From the NCBI GenBank assembly GCA_041946735.1, contig JBHGAY010000011.1, forward strand, positions 32,001-96,000: a DNA stretch of 64,000 nucleotides, given 5' to 3'. Both the position numbers and the translations under genes were made by a program. The stretch comes from Candidatus Eiseniibacteriota bacterium (lineage in GTDB: Bacteria; Eisenbacteria; RBG-16-71-46; CAIMUX01; VGJL01). This document shows positions 37,893-47,019 of this stretch, in pieces (positions within the stretch are counted from its first letter, which is position 1; every line of letters begins with the position of its first letter). A model generated the notes under the pieces. That model had not been told where the DNA came from. It did not search any database and saw only the letters and a program-made list of their open reading frames with translations.

Positions 37893-38537
37893 GTGAACCG
37901 TTGCTACAGAGAGAGTTCGATCGAGAGGGTAGCCGGCCGGCTCGCCCCTGGCGGCGATGCGGGCCTCGATCTCCTCGCCCGCTGGGCTGCCGGCGGCCCG
38001 GCTCGCCTGCGGCACGAGCGCGCCGAGTTCGCCGCCCACGTAGCCGCTTGCGCCAGGTGCGGCGGGATCTTCTCGGTCTTCCTCTCGACCGAGCGCTCCC
38101 TTTTGGCCGCCGCCGGGGCTACGAGCCCCGCCCCGCTGAGGCCGCTACCGGTCGTCCTCAGCCTCGCCGCGCCCGCGCAGAGAAGGCGCGGGACCATTCG
38201 TCGAGGGGATGGACTGACGGGGTCGGCGGACGATGCGGCCGTGGAAGCTGCGCGCGACTCGGATCGGCCGTGCTATCAGGTGGCGGCCGATGCGGGGGAC
38301 GCGCAGGACCCGGCAGTCCTGCCCACCATGGCGGAGATCACGCTCACCTCGGAGGACGGGCGCTGGGGCGTCCGGATCAAGCCCGATCCGCAGGGCGAGG
38401 GCGCGATCGCGATCCTCGTGCCGAGGCGGCAGGGAGCCGTCCTCCGATTGGGGGGCGTCGAGCATCTCTTCGATGAAGACGGGATCGCCCACTTGCCGTC
38501 CTCCCCGATCGGCGCCGCGTTTCTCATTCTCTCCTGA
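37893..38537 (+). CDS. Soluble zf-HC2/ZAS anti-sigma-like protein
   Basis: N-terminal Cys4 plus HVAACARC (H49/C53/C56); flexible linker with YQVAAD; small beta-rich C-domain; no TM. Confidence 0.62.
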   Translation: MNRCYRESSIERVAGRLAPGGDAGLDLLARWAAGGPARLRHERAEFAAHVAACARCGGIFSVFLSTERSLLAAAGATSPAPLRPLPVVLSLAAPAQRRRGTIRRGDGLTGSADDAAVEAARDSDRPCYQVAADAGDAQDPAVLPTMAEITLTSEDGRWGVRIKPDPQGEGAIAILVPRRQGAVLRLGGVEHLFDEDGIAHLPSSPIGAAFLILS

Positions 38538-38584
38538 TCCTCGGCGATCCTGCCCGATCCTGGCGCCTCGAGTGGGTCCCGGCT

Positions 38585-38618
38585 AAAGGGACGCCTTTCC
38601 CGAAAGGGACGCCTTTCC
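38585..38618. repeat. 16-bp direct repeat AAAGGGACGCCTTTCC x2, each copy with an internal palindrome
   Basis: Copies at 38585-38600 and 38603-38618; AAAGG-GACG-CCTTT in each. Confidence 0.85.
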
Positions 38619-38891
38619 TTCTGAACGCCCCCTCGGTGGCCGGTAGAGAACAAGAGGAAAGATCCGAGATCACCCGGGGAGTCGACGACGCCGACCGTGG
38701 ACACCGCGACCGTTCCGCCCACAGGCTCCCGGGTCTTTCGGAAGCGCCGCGAGCCTCCCTCGGTTGGCTGACCCCGGGGGAGGCCGTCTCTTGCCTTCGT
38801 CCGCCTGCTCGGGCGAAGCTTCGCTCCATCCCTTCCCGCCCCTCTTTGCCAAGGGATAGAATCCGCCGGACCCCGGAGGGAGGAGGCTTCG

Positions 38892-39395
38892 ATGGCAGTG
38901 TCCGAAGTGCGCGACTATCCGTCCGCGCCCGCCTTGGCGGCCGCTTACCGGCAGCATCGCGACTACGCGTGGAAGCGGCTCCTCGAGTTCCTGGGGTCGC
39001 TGCCGGTGGCCGTGGTGCAGCAGCCGAGCCCGGGCGCGGCGGGCAAGAGCATCGCGGACATCCTGCGGCACTCCCTCGGGACGATCGAGTTCTGGATGAG
39101 CGTGCTCGAGGGACGCTCGCACGAGGCGTTCCCGGCCGAGGAGCACTCCGACATCCCGTCGCTCGCGAGGCTTGCGCGGCTCGTAGACGGCCGCCTGCAG
39201 AAGCTGCTTGGCGAAGCGGATCCGGAATGGTTCGGCCGGAGCCACTCCTTCCGCTTCCCGGACGGGCATGAAGAGGATCTCGTCCCTGCCTGGGTCGTCT
39301 TGCACGTTCTCACGCACGAGTACCATCACAAGGGACAGGTCGTCTCGATCGCCCGGTCGCTCGGCTACACGCCTCCCGAAACCGACTTCTTCTGA
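38892..39395 (+). CDS. DinB family protein
   Basis: SIADILRH and HVLTHEYHHKGQ; GGAGGAGG RBS. Confidence 0.88.
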   Translation: MAVSEVRDYPSAPALAAAYRQHRDYAWKRLLEFLGSLPVAVVQQPSPGAAGKSIADILRHSLGTIEFWMSVLEGRSHEAFPAEEHSDIPSLARLARLVDGRLQKLLGEADPEWFGRSHSFRFPDGHEEDLVPAWVVLHVLTHEYHHKGQVVSIARSLGYTPPETDFF

Positions 39396-39415
39396 TTCCG
39401 GCGGCGCTGGCGACG

Positions 39416-40279
39416 ATGAGCGTCTTCTTCTTCGCTTCGGATCTTCACGGCCGGCGAGACCGCTACGAGAAGCTGTTCGCCGCAGTGCGAGAGGAAATGC
39501 CGGCGGCGGTGCTGCTCGGCGGCGATCTCCTGCCCGGAGGATCCTCCGTCCTCCGGGCGATCGATCCGGGCCGCGGCGATTTCGTGCAGGACTTCCTGGC
39601 CGCAGAGCTGACCCGCCTCCGGATCGCCCTGCGCGACCGCTACCCGGACGTGCTCCTCATCTTCGGCAACGACGACGCACGCGTGGAAGAGGCGGCGATG
39701 CTCGAGCTCGCGGAGAGCGGCCTTTGGCGCTACGCGCACGGGCGGCGGATCGCTTGCGCCGGATGGAATGTCTACGGCTACTCCTGCGTGCCGCCGACGC
39801 CGTTTCTGCTGAAGGACTGGGAGCGCTACGACGTTTCGCGCTTCGTCGATCCGGGATCGACCTCTCCCGAGGAAGGGATCCACTCCGTTCCCTGCCCCCT
39901 CGTCGAGGTCCGGTACGGCACGATCGCGAAGGACCTCGAGGCGCTCGTGGGAACCGACGATCTCGAGCGCGCGATCCTCCTCTTTCATGCGCCGCCGTAT
40001 CAGACGGCGCTCGACCGGGCTCCGCTCGACGGCCGAGCGATCGACCACGTGCCGCTCGATCCGCACGTCGGCTCGATCGCGATCCGACGCTTCCTCGAGG
40101 AGCGGCAGCCGCGGGTCTCCCTCCACGGACACGTGCACGAGTCGGCACGCCTCACGGGGGAGTGGAAGACGAAGATCGGGGAGACCTGGTGCCTGGGCGG
40201 CGCGCATGACGGGCCCGAGCTGGCTCTCGTGCGGTTCGATCCGGAGCGTCCCGGGGAAGCGGAGCGGGAACTGCTCTAG
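39416..40279 (+). CDS. Calcineurin-like metallophosphoesterase (Icc-related)
   Basis: SDLHG, GGDL, GNDD, FHAPP, LHGHVHE. Confidence 0.9.
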   Translation: MSVFFFASDLHGRRDRYEKLFAAVREEMPAAVLLGGDLLPGGSSVLRAIDPGRGDFVQDFLAAELTRLRIALRDRYPDVLLIFGNDDARVEEAAMLELAESGLWRYAHGRRIACAGWNVYGYSCVPPTPFLLKDWERYDVSRFVDPGSTSPEEGIHSVPCPLVEVRYGTIAKDLEALVGTDDLERAILLFHAPPYQTALDRAPLDGRAIDHVPLDPHVGSIAIRRFLEERQPRVSLHGHVHESARLTGEWKTKIGETWCLGGAHDGPELALVRFDPERPGEAERELL

Positions 40280-40349
40280 ACCAGGCGACGCGCGCCGCTA
40301 CGCGGCGGCGATGTGCGCGCGTGCTTCCGGCAGCTTCGCCGGCCGGCGG

Positions 40350-43300
40350 CTACGACGACGCGACGCTTTCCGCCGCCTCTTCCCCCTTCATCCGCAGCCG
40401 CCGCGCCGGATCGGTGATGGCTCCGATCTTCACCGCGAAGCTGCTGCGCGCAGCGATGTCCTCGTCGGTCACGAAGTGGACGTCGAGCAGTCCCTCGGTC
40501 CGGTAGCCGGTGCGGAGATAGTTCAGCTCCGACAGGCAGCGGCTCCATCCGTCCAGCCAGGTCGAAAGCTCGATCCGCTGCCGCTCCGAACCCGCGAAGT
40601 GCAGGACGAGGTCGATGTCGCTCGCAGGCCCGGCGCTCGCGTTCTTCGTGCTCCCGATCAGGTAGAACCCCTTCAGGCCGAACCTCAGCGGATCGGTCTC
40701 GGCCGCGATCTGCTCGGCGAAGCGCAGGCGCCAACGCCAATGCTGCTCGGTGGTGGCGTGGTCCGCGGTGCCGGGGCTCTCCGGCACGCCGACGGCCTCC
40801 TGCGCGGGCATCAACACCCCGACCGCCTCGTCCAGATCGGCGTTCATCAAGACCTTCAGGATCATTCCGCCCGCCGACTGCGGCACGTCGATGACGTGGA
40901 TGACGTCGGAGAGATGCGCGAACTCCGGCAGGAAGTTCGTGAGCAGATTCTCCGACCTGCGGAAGAACGTCTCGTCGAAACGGATTCCGGGATCATCCGG
41001 ATAGAGCGGCAGGTAGCGGATCGACGCCTCGACCAGATCCTGGAAGAAGTGGGTTCCGAAGGAGAGGTCCGGACGGTAGTTCCCCTTCTTGCGCGCAATC
41101 TCGATCAGGACCGCGCAATTGTTGATGTCTGCATAGGTGACATTGACGCCGAGACGGATGTCTCCGCGGCTTCCCCATCGTCCCGGTCCCATCAGGATGA
41201 ACTGCCGCTTCGGGAGCATCTTGTTCAGCCGGCCGACTGCGCGGCCGACCGCGCGCAGCTCGTCCGGATCGGCGATCTCGTTGTACCCTTCCGGATCGAC
41301 ATACACGATGTGCGTGACGTCCGGCACCCGCCCGTTCGACACGTAACGCTTCGCCGAGAAGAGGACGCGATTCTCCGGAATGTCCCGCGGAATCGGCGCC
41401 GGCTGAGTCGCCGCCCCGCTGCTTTGCGGCCGGCACTGGAGCAGAAACAGCTGCTTGCCGTTGGAAGCGAACTCGATGTCGACCGGCGAGCCGATCGCGC
41501 GATGCAGGACCTCGAGGATCGCCTTGACCTGGCGGATGAACGGCGTCTCGCGGATCAGCCCCTCGAACGTCACGACGAGCTTCTCGTTTTGTAGATTCAC
41601 CTGCCGCCCGATCGGCGGATGCACGTGATCGCGCTCGTAGATCGAGACGAGATGGTGGATTCCCGGGACCTCGTCGCCATGGTTGCGAAAGACGTCGACC
41701 GCCTCGATCGTCTCGAACGTCCCTTCTCGGAGATTGAGAACGTCCATCTTCTTCGGGGAGTACTTCGCGATCTCGTCCGGCGTGACGTTGACGCGCAGGC
41801 CGGGCTGGCCGGGCGCGAGCAGGACCGGATAGTCGTCCTTCAGGCGGTCGACGGCGCGGCTGCCGAGCCCCGTCACGAGGCGTACCAGACCATCCTCGCG
41901 TTGGATGCGGCTGGACCAACGGAACTCGTTCCGGCTGAAGGCGACCCCCGAGAAGGCGGGGAAGTAGTAGTCGCCGACGCGGCAGCCGACCACCTCCTGA
42001 ATCAAGATCCCCATCTCCTCGTAGACGTCCAACAGCCCGCGCTCGGCGCGGTACTCGATCGGGTCGGGACCGAAGATCGACGCATACACCTCGGCGATCG
42101 CGTCCATCAACGCGGTCAGGCGCTCGCGCTTCGTCCCCTGGTTCGGAAGGAAGATGCTCTTGTACTTTCCGGAGAAGGCGGCGCCGAAGCGATCCTCGAG
42201 CAAGCTCGAGCTTCGGACGATGAGCGGAGTCTGCTCGAAGTCGTCGAGCACCTGCGACAGGGCGCGCACCATCTGCGGGGAGAAGCGGGAGTTCTTGAAC
42301 ACCTGGACGATGTGCGGGTACTCGTGCCGCACCTCGTCGATCTCGGCGTACTTGTGGTTGTAGATGTCCTCGAGCTCGTTGTAGCGGATGAAGTCGAGAA
42401 TCGAGTCGGACGTCATGTACCACGTCTTCGGCACCCGGATCTCGCCGAGATCCGGCACCGTCGCGGCCGCCTTGCGCAGGATCTGGCTGGCGACGAACAG
42501 GCCGGCCGCCTTCCCCCCGAGCTTCCCGTGACTGGTCGGCGGAAACACCAGGTGCTCCACGATCTCGAAGAAGTCATCGATGTCGAGGAATCGCTTCGCC
42601 ATTTCGACGAACTGCGGCTGTTCGGAGAAGAAGTGGCCGATCAGCGAGACTCGGAGCCCTTTCCGGGCCGCCGGGGAGATCTCGACCGCTTCGGGACCGA
42701 TGTGGTGGTAGCGGCGGATCGCCTCCGCGATCTCGTCGAGTCCGGAATCCGGGTTCCCGATGGTCGTCACGAGAAAACGGGCCTTGTCCTCCTTGATCCA
42801 CGATTGGATGCACGCGAGGATCTCGTCGTTGCTCAGGTACTGTCCCGCGATCCGGAAAGTCTCCTCGGTGATGTCCCGTTCCCATTCGGACCCCAGGCGG
42901 CGATGCGGTCGGTTGTCCTCGACCGCCGCGTCCTCGTCCTCGTCCTGGCCGGACAGATCGTGCAGGATGCTCACCGCTTCCTGCACGCCGATCCAGCCCA
43001 GGTGGTTGATCATCTTCCTCGAGATGCGGATCAGCAGCTCGTTGTCGGTGCGCCGGAGGAAGTCGAGGACGATGCGCCATGGCTCCGCGCGGCTCTCGAG
43101 CGAGCCCCGCGCCTCCTCCAGGTTGCGGAACGCGCTGCGCAGCTTGCGGTGCTCGATGTGGTGGCCGATCCGGTCGGCGATGTTGTCGAGCATCTTCCGC
43201 TCTTCCTGCAGGAACGGCCCTCCGTCGGATCGGACCGTCATCTCCGTGTAGACGACGTCGATGCGCCCGACCTTCTCGCCGTCGACGAGGATCGGCGCGG

Positions 43301-43550
43301 ACTGCACCCAGGGGCTCTCCTGGAAGTTCGGGCAGACGACGACGGTGTCGCGGTAGACGATGCGCGCGCGGCAGAGGCTCGGATACTGGAGGCCTGACGG
43401 GATCGACCGGAGGACGCCGGTCAGCACCTCCTCGAGCGGCACTTCGGTCTGGCTCAGCACTTCGTCCACCCTGTACAGGCAGTCGAGCTCCTTCGCGCGT
43501 TCCTGAAGGACGCGGAGGATCGGATCCATCGGAGTTTCGGGCGCTGTCAC
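40350..43550 (-). CDS. PEP-synthase/PPDK N-terminal (ATP-grasp) domain protein with N-terminal GAF-like region and C-terminal nucleotidyltransferase-like domain
   Basis: LGGKAAGL, IVRSSSLLED, FSGKY, IQEVVG, DIEFA, LLQCRP, SFGTHFF; C-terminal YLIGST...SDIDL. Confidence 0.85.
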   Translation of the reverse strand: MTAPETPMDPILRVLQERAKELDCLYRVDEVLSQTEVPLEEVLTGVLRSIPSGLQYPSLCRARIVYRDTVVVCPNFQESPWVQSAPILVDGEKVGRIDVVYTEMTVRSDGGPFLQEERKMLDNIADRIGHHIEHRKLRSAFRNLEEARGSLESRAEPWRIVLDFLRRTDNELLIRISRKMINHLGWIGVQEAVSILHDLSGQDEDEDAAVEDNRPHRRLGSEWERDITEETFRIAGQYLSNDEILACIQSWIKEDKARFLVTTIGNPDSGLDEIAEAIRRYHHIGPEAVEISPAARKGLRVSLIGHFFSEQPQFVEMAKRFLDIDDFFEIVEHLVFPPTSHGKLGGKAAGLFVASQILRKAAATVPDLGEIRVPKTWYMTSDSILDFIRYNELEDIYNHKYAEIDEVRHEYPHIVQVFKNSRFSPQMVRALSQVLDDFEQTPLIVRSSSLLEDRFGAAFSGKYKSIFLPNQGTKRERLTALMDAIAEVYASIFGPDPIEYRAERGLLDVYEEMGILIQEVVGCRVGDYYFPAFSGVAFSRNEFRWSSRIQREDGLVRLVTGLGSRAVDRLKDDYPVLLAPGQPGLRVNVTPDEIAKYSPKKMDVLNLREGTFETIEAVDVFRNHGDEVPGIHHLVSIYERDHVHPPIGRQVNLQNEKLVVTFEGLIRETPFIRQVKAILEVLHRAIGSPVDIEFASNGKQLFLLQCRPQSSGAATQPAPIPRDIPENRVLFSAKRYVSNGRVPDVTHIVYVDPEGYNEIADPDELRAVGRAVGRLNKMLPKRQFILMGPGRWGSRGDIRLGVNVTYADINNCAVLIEIARKKGNYRPDLSFGTHFFQDLVEASIRYLPLYPDDPGIRFDETFFRRSENLLTNFLPEFAHLSDVIHVIDVPQSAGGMILKVLMNADLDEAVGVLMPAQEAVGVPESPGTADHATTEQHWRWRLRFAEQIAAETDPLRFGLKGFYLIGSTKNASAGPASDIDLVLHFAGSERQRIELSTWLDGWSRCLSELNYLRTGYRTEGLLDVHFVTDEDIAARSSFAVKIGAITDPARRLRMKGEEAAESVASS

Positions 43551-43610
43551 TTCCGGTTCCCCCTGCCTGGCGATCCACCGCCGCCGGCGGTCGCCGCGAT
43601 TCGCCGTCCT

Positions 43611-45359
43611 CTACGACTCCAATTCCGGATGGACGATGACGCCGCGCCGCGTCCGGCCGTCCACCCGGATGTGGAGCGGCTCCCGGGAACGGACGTGACG
43701 GACGAACTCGGTCTCGGCGACGATCTCTTGCCTTGCGAGCCAGGCCCAGTCGATCGGCCTGGGGTCGGTGTGGCGGACCGAGAAGTAGTACACCTGGAAG
43801 CTCGTGATGTTGTGAAAGAAGTGCGAGCCCTGGCTCGCGTCGGAGTTGATGTGCGGCAGGCTCGACTCGACGATCGCCTTCGCTCCCGCGATCTGCGACC
43901 AGGTGACCGGGATACCGAGCCAGGGGTCGGAGGTGCCCCATCGGCCGAAGCCGATCAGCAGGTACGGGGTTCGCGCGGCCGCGAGGCGATGGTCGATCTC
44001 TTCGATCTGGCCCGCGATGGTGGTCGTGTCCTTCGTGTCGAACCTGTCCGGTTTCACGTAGACGACGTCACGGATCACGTCGAGCGTTCCGTTTCCGAGC
44101 GCCGACTCGGATGCGGCGAGCACCCGGGGACCGTTCATCGCCTCCTCGTCGACCGTCACCTCCTCCGCCGCCACGACCAGCGGGCGCACCTGGAGGAATC
44201 CGAGGCGGCCCGCGTACGGCCGGCGGCGGATCGTCATGGCGAACTCGATCTCGACCGGCGCGCCGATCTCTTCCTGTGACATCTCGAGCAGGGAACGGAT
44301 CGTCGAGGTGAGCGGCAGGACCTCCGTGATCAGCAAGGGCGCGAAGCTCAGGACGCGGGGACCGTACCCGGCCATCCCCGTCGAGAGCCGGTCGGACTGG
44401 ACGTCGTACGTCGAGACGAGGGGGGCGAGAACGCCGTCCTCCTCCGCCGTGTCGATCCCGGACTCTACGAGATACTCGATCTCGTTGATCGGGTCGTAGG
44501 TGGGGATTCTCCCCATCTGGACGGCCCAGAACTTCGTCTGGCTCTGCTTGAGCAGATCGCGAATCGAGTTGTACGGGGGGTTCGTCCGCGGATAGGCGGG
44601 CGAAAAGGTCCACGCCACCCCGCCGTCGACGATCGTCTTGCCGAGGCCCAGCGCGAGGCTTGCCACGCCGTCCTCGGGCGCCGCGTGCCCCACCGGGTAG
44701 TAGTTATACGAGCGCGCGACTCCCGAGAGGTCCGGATAGAAGCGATCGCCGTGCCTCTCCCCGACGACCTCCTGGAGCACGACCGCCATCTTCTCCTCGG
44801 CGCTCGACTGCTGGGCCGCCTTGGCGTACGCCTTCGCCTCACGGAAGAAGGTGGAGGCGTAGACATACTTGATCGCTTCGGTGAGACGCCGGAACCGCGT
44901 CTCCGAGTCGATCGCGTTGTTCGGGATCATCTTCGTCGCGTAGACGCCGGCGAAGGGGCGGTACTGAGCGTCCTCGAGGAGGCTCGAGGACCGGATCGCC
45001 AGGGGTTGGCGGAGCGAATCCATCAGCGCCTTCAGATCGCCGACGATCGAGGCGGATAGGCTTCCGTGTTGAAACGCGAGAGCGATCCGGTCGTCCGGCT
45101 CGTCGGAGAGGGCGATCTCGCGGAGGCGATTTTCCTCGAGGAACGCATCGAAGACGTCGGTGGCGATGACGATCGTCTTCGGGATCGCGACCTCGATCTC
45201 GGGGAACAGACGGCTCGCCTTCCCCTCGGTCAACATCCGCTTGACGACCGCGAGGCCGGTCGCCTTCCCGCCGAGATCCCCCGTTCCGATGATGGTGAAG
45301 TCCTCGCGCGAGTCGAGGAAGTGGCGATCGAATGGGGGATAGAGGTTCGCCTTGCTCAT
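43611..45359 (-). CDS. PEP-synthase/PPDK N-terminal domain protein
   Basis: LGGKATGL, AIRSSSLLED, FAGVY, LQEVVG, EIEFA, FLQVRP, SQGSHFF. Confidence 0.87.
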   Translation of the reverse strand: MSKANLYPPFDRHFLDSREDFTIIGTGDLGGKATGLAVVKRMLTEGKASRLFPEIEVAIPKTIVIATDVFDAFLEENRLREIALSDEPDDRIALAFQHGSLSASIVGDLKALMDSLRQPLAIRSSSLLEDAQYRPFAGVYATKMIPNNAIDSETRFRRLTEAIKYVYASTFFREAKAYAKAAQQSSAEEKMAVVLQEVVGERHGDRFYPDLSGVARSYNYYPVGHAAPEDGVASLALGLGKTIVDGGVAWTFSPAYPRTNPPYNSIRDLLKQSQTKFWAVQMGRIPTYDPINEIEYLVESGIDTAEEDGVLAPLVSTYDVQSDRLSTGMAGYGPRVLSFAPLLITEVLPLTSTIRSLLEMSQEEIGAPVEIEFAMTIRRRPYAGRLGFLQVRPLVVAAEEVTVDEEAMNGPRVLAASESALGNGTLDVIRDVVYVKPDRFDTKDTTTIAGQIEEIDHRLAAARTPYLLIGFGRWGTSDPWLGIPVTWSQIAGAKAIVESSLPHINSDASQGSHFFHNITSFQVYYFSVRHTDPRPIDWAWLARQEIVAETEFVRHVRSREPLHIRVDGRTRRGVIVHPELES

Positions 45360-45453
45360 TCTGCATCCCCGGTCCTGCGCCACGGCCGGCGCGGTTATGG
45401 GAGCAGCGGCGCCCGCCGCGGCGGTGCGGCGGGCGCCACCAGGCGATCGGAAC

Positions 45454-46734
45454 CTAGATCCAGCCGCGGTCGCGGCAAGCTTGCGCGACGCGACCGATCG
45501 CGATGACGTACGCAGCGTCCCGCATGTAGATCTTCTGCTTGCGGGCCAGCGCGCTCACCGCGTGGAAGGCCGAGGTCATCTTGACGTCGAGCTTGCCGAG
45601 CACCTCGTCCTTCTCCCAGTAGTAGTTCATGTTCGACTGCACCTGCTCGAAGTAGCTGCAGGTGACGCCGCCCGCGTTCGCGAGGAAGTCCGGGATCAGG
45701 AAGATCTCGCGCGCCTGGATCACCTTGTCGGCGTCGGGTGTCGTTGGCCCGTTGGCTCCCTCGGCGATCATCCGCACCTTCTTGCTGATCTTGTCGACGT
45801 TATCGGCGCGGACCTGATTCTCGAGCGCGGCCGGGATGAGAATGTCCACGTCCTGCGAGATCCACTCGTCTCCCGGAAGCACCTCGTAGCCGAGCGCCGG
45901 CGCCTTCTCCTTCGAAATGCCGCCGAAATGGTCGGTGATCGAGAGGAGCTCGTCGAGGTTGATGCCCGAGGAGCGGTGATACGCGTACGACATCTGATCC
46001 TGCTGATCCCAGCAGGAGACGCAGACGACCTTGCCGCCGAGCTGCTGGTAGAGCTGGATCGCATACTGAGCGACGTTGCCGAAGCCCTGGACGCTCGCCG
46101 TCGTGTTCTCCGGCCGGAGCCCCAGCTCCTTCAAACCCTCACGGATCGTGAAGACGACGCCGTATCCGGTCGCCTCGGTGCGCCCCAGCGAGCCGCCCAT
46201 CCCGACCGGCTTGCCGGTGATGAGACCGGGGTAGTGGCCTCGATGGATCCACTCGAACTCATCGAGCATCCAGAGCATGTGCTGGGCGCTCGTCATGACG
46301 TCGGGAGCGGGAACGTCGGTCAGAGGGCCGATGTCCCGCGAGATCTGGCGCACCCAGCCGCGGCAGATCTGCTCCTGCTCCCTGAGGCTGAGATTGTGCG
46401 GATCGCAGACCACCCCTCCCTTGCTGCCGCCGAGAGGGATGTCGACCACGGCGCACTTCCAGGTCATCCACATGGAGAGGGCACGGACCGTGTCGACCGT
46501 CTCCTGCGGATGGAACCGGATGCCGCCCTTGCCCGGTCCGCGCGCGTCGTTGTGCTGCACCCGGAAACCGCGGAAGACCTTCACGGAGCCGTCGTCCATG
46601 CGGACCGGGATGTTGAAGTGATATTCCCGCATCGGGTTCCGGAGGAGCTCGCGGGTAGCGGCATCGAGGCCCAGGTAGTCGGCCACGTGGTCGAACTGGG
46701 CCTGCGCCATCTCGAATGCGTTGTGGGCCTTCAA
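45454..46734 (-). CDS. gdhA: Glutamate dehydrogenase
   Basis: RGPGKGGIRFHP, MTWKC, GGSKGG, VPAPDV, QGFGNV, EGANGP, NAGGVTCSYFE; TTG 46734 with GGGAGG RBS. Confidence 0.95.
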   Translation of the reverse strand: MKAHNAFEMAQAQFDHVADYLGLDAATRELLRNPMREYHFNIPVRMDDGSVKVFRGFRVQHNDARGPGKGGIRFHPQETVDTVRALSMWMTWKCAVVDIPLGGSKGGVVCDPHNLSLREQEQICRGWVRQISRDIGPLTDVPAPDVMTSAQHMLWMLDEFEWIHRGHYPGLITGKPVGMGGSLGRTEATGYGVVFTIREGLKELGLRPENTTASVQGFGNVAQYAIQLYQQLGGKVVCVSCWDQQDQMSYAYHRSSGINLDELLSITDHFGGISKEKAPALGYEVLPGDEWISQDVDILIPAALENQVRADNVDKISKKVRMIAEGANGPTTPDADKVIQAREIFLIPDFLANAGGVTCSYFEQVQSNMNYYWEKDEVLGKLDVKMTSAFHAVSALARKQKIYMRDAAYVIAIGRVAQACRDRGWI

Positions 46735-47019
46735 GTCGAACCTCCCTTCTTCCACCCCCACCCCGTTCGCAAGCGAGTGTACACATCGGATTGCGCATCC
46801 GGAAGGCCGGTCGATCCGGCGCTTCTCTCGCGTGCGTCGCGGCGAATTCCGTTCGTCATAGCGGCCGGAACGAGAGGCGAACGCCCGTCGCTCCAATGGC
46901 CCGTAAGCAGTTATATCAGAATGGCTTAAAGATGTGCAGAGGGCATTTAGCGACAGGAGCCGCGACCGCGCATCTCGCGCGGCTCGCGGCGCGTCGAAAC
47001 GGTCCTTCACCGGCTCGCG

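Noticed and set aside
38575..38790. c-di-GMP-I or c-di-AMP riboswitch (GGGACGC; GTCAGCCAACC...AGGC on the minus strand)
   Set aside because: Only isolated words match; the other conserved elements and an appropriately oriented downstream gene are missing. Kept only as an unexplained structured region.
40350..45359. Annotation as true PEP synthase (ppsA) or rifampin phosphotransferase
   Set aside because: No canonical phospho-His swivel motif or PEP-binding barrel is visible in either protein.
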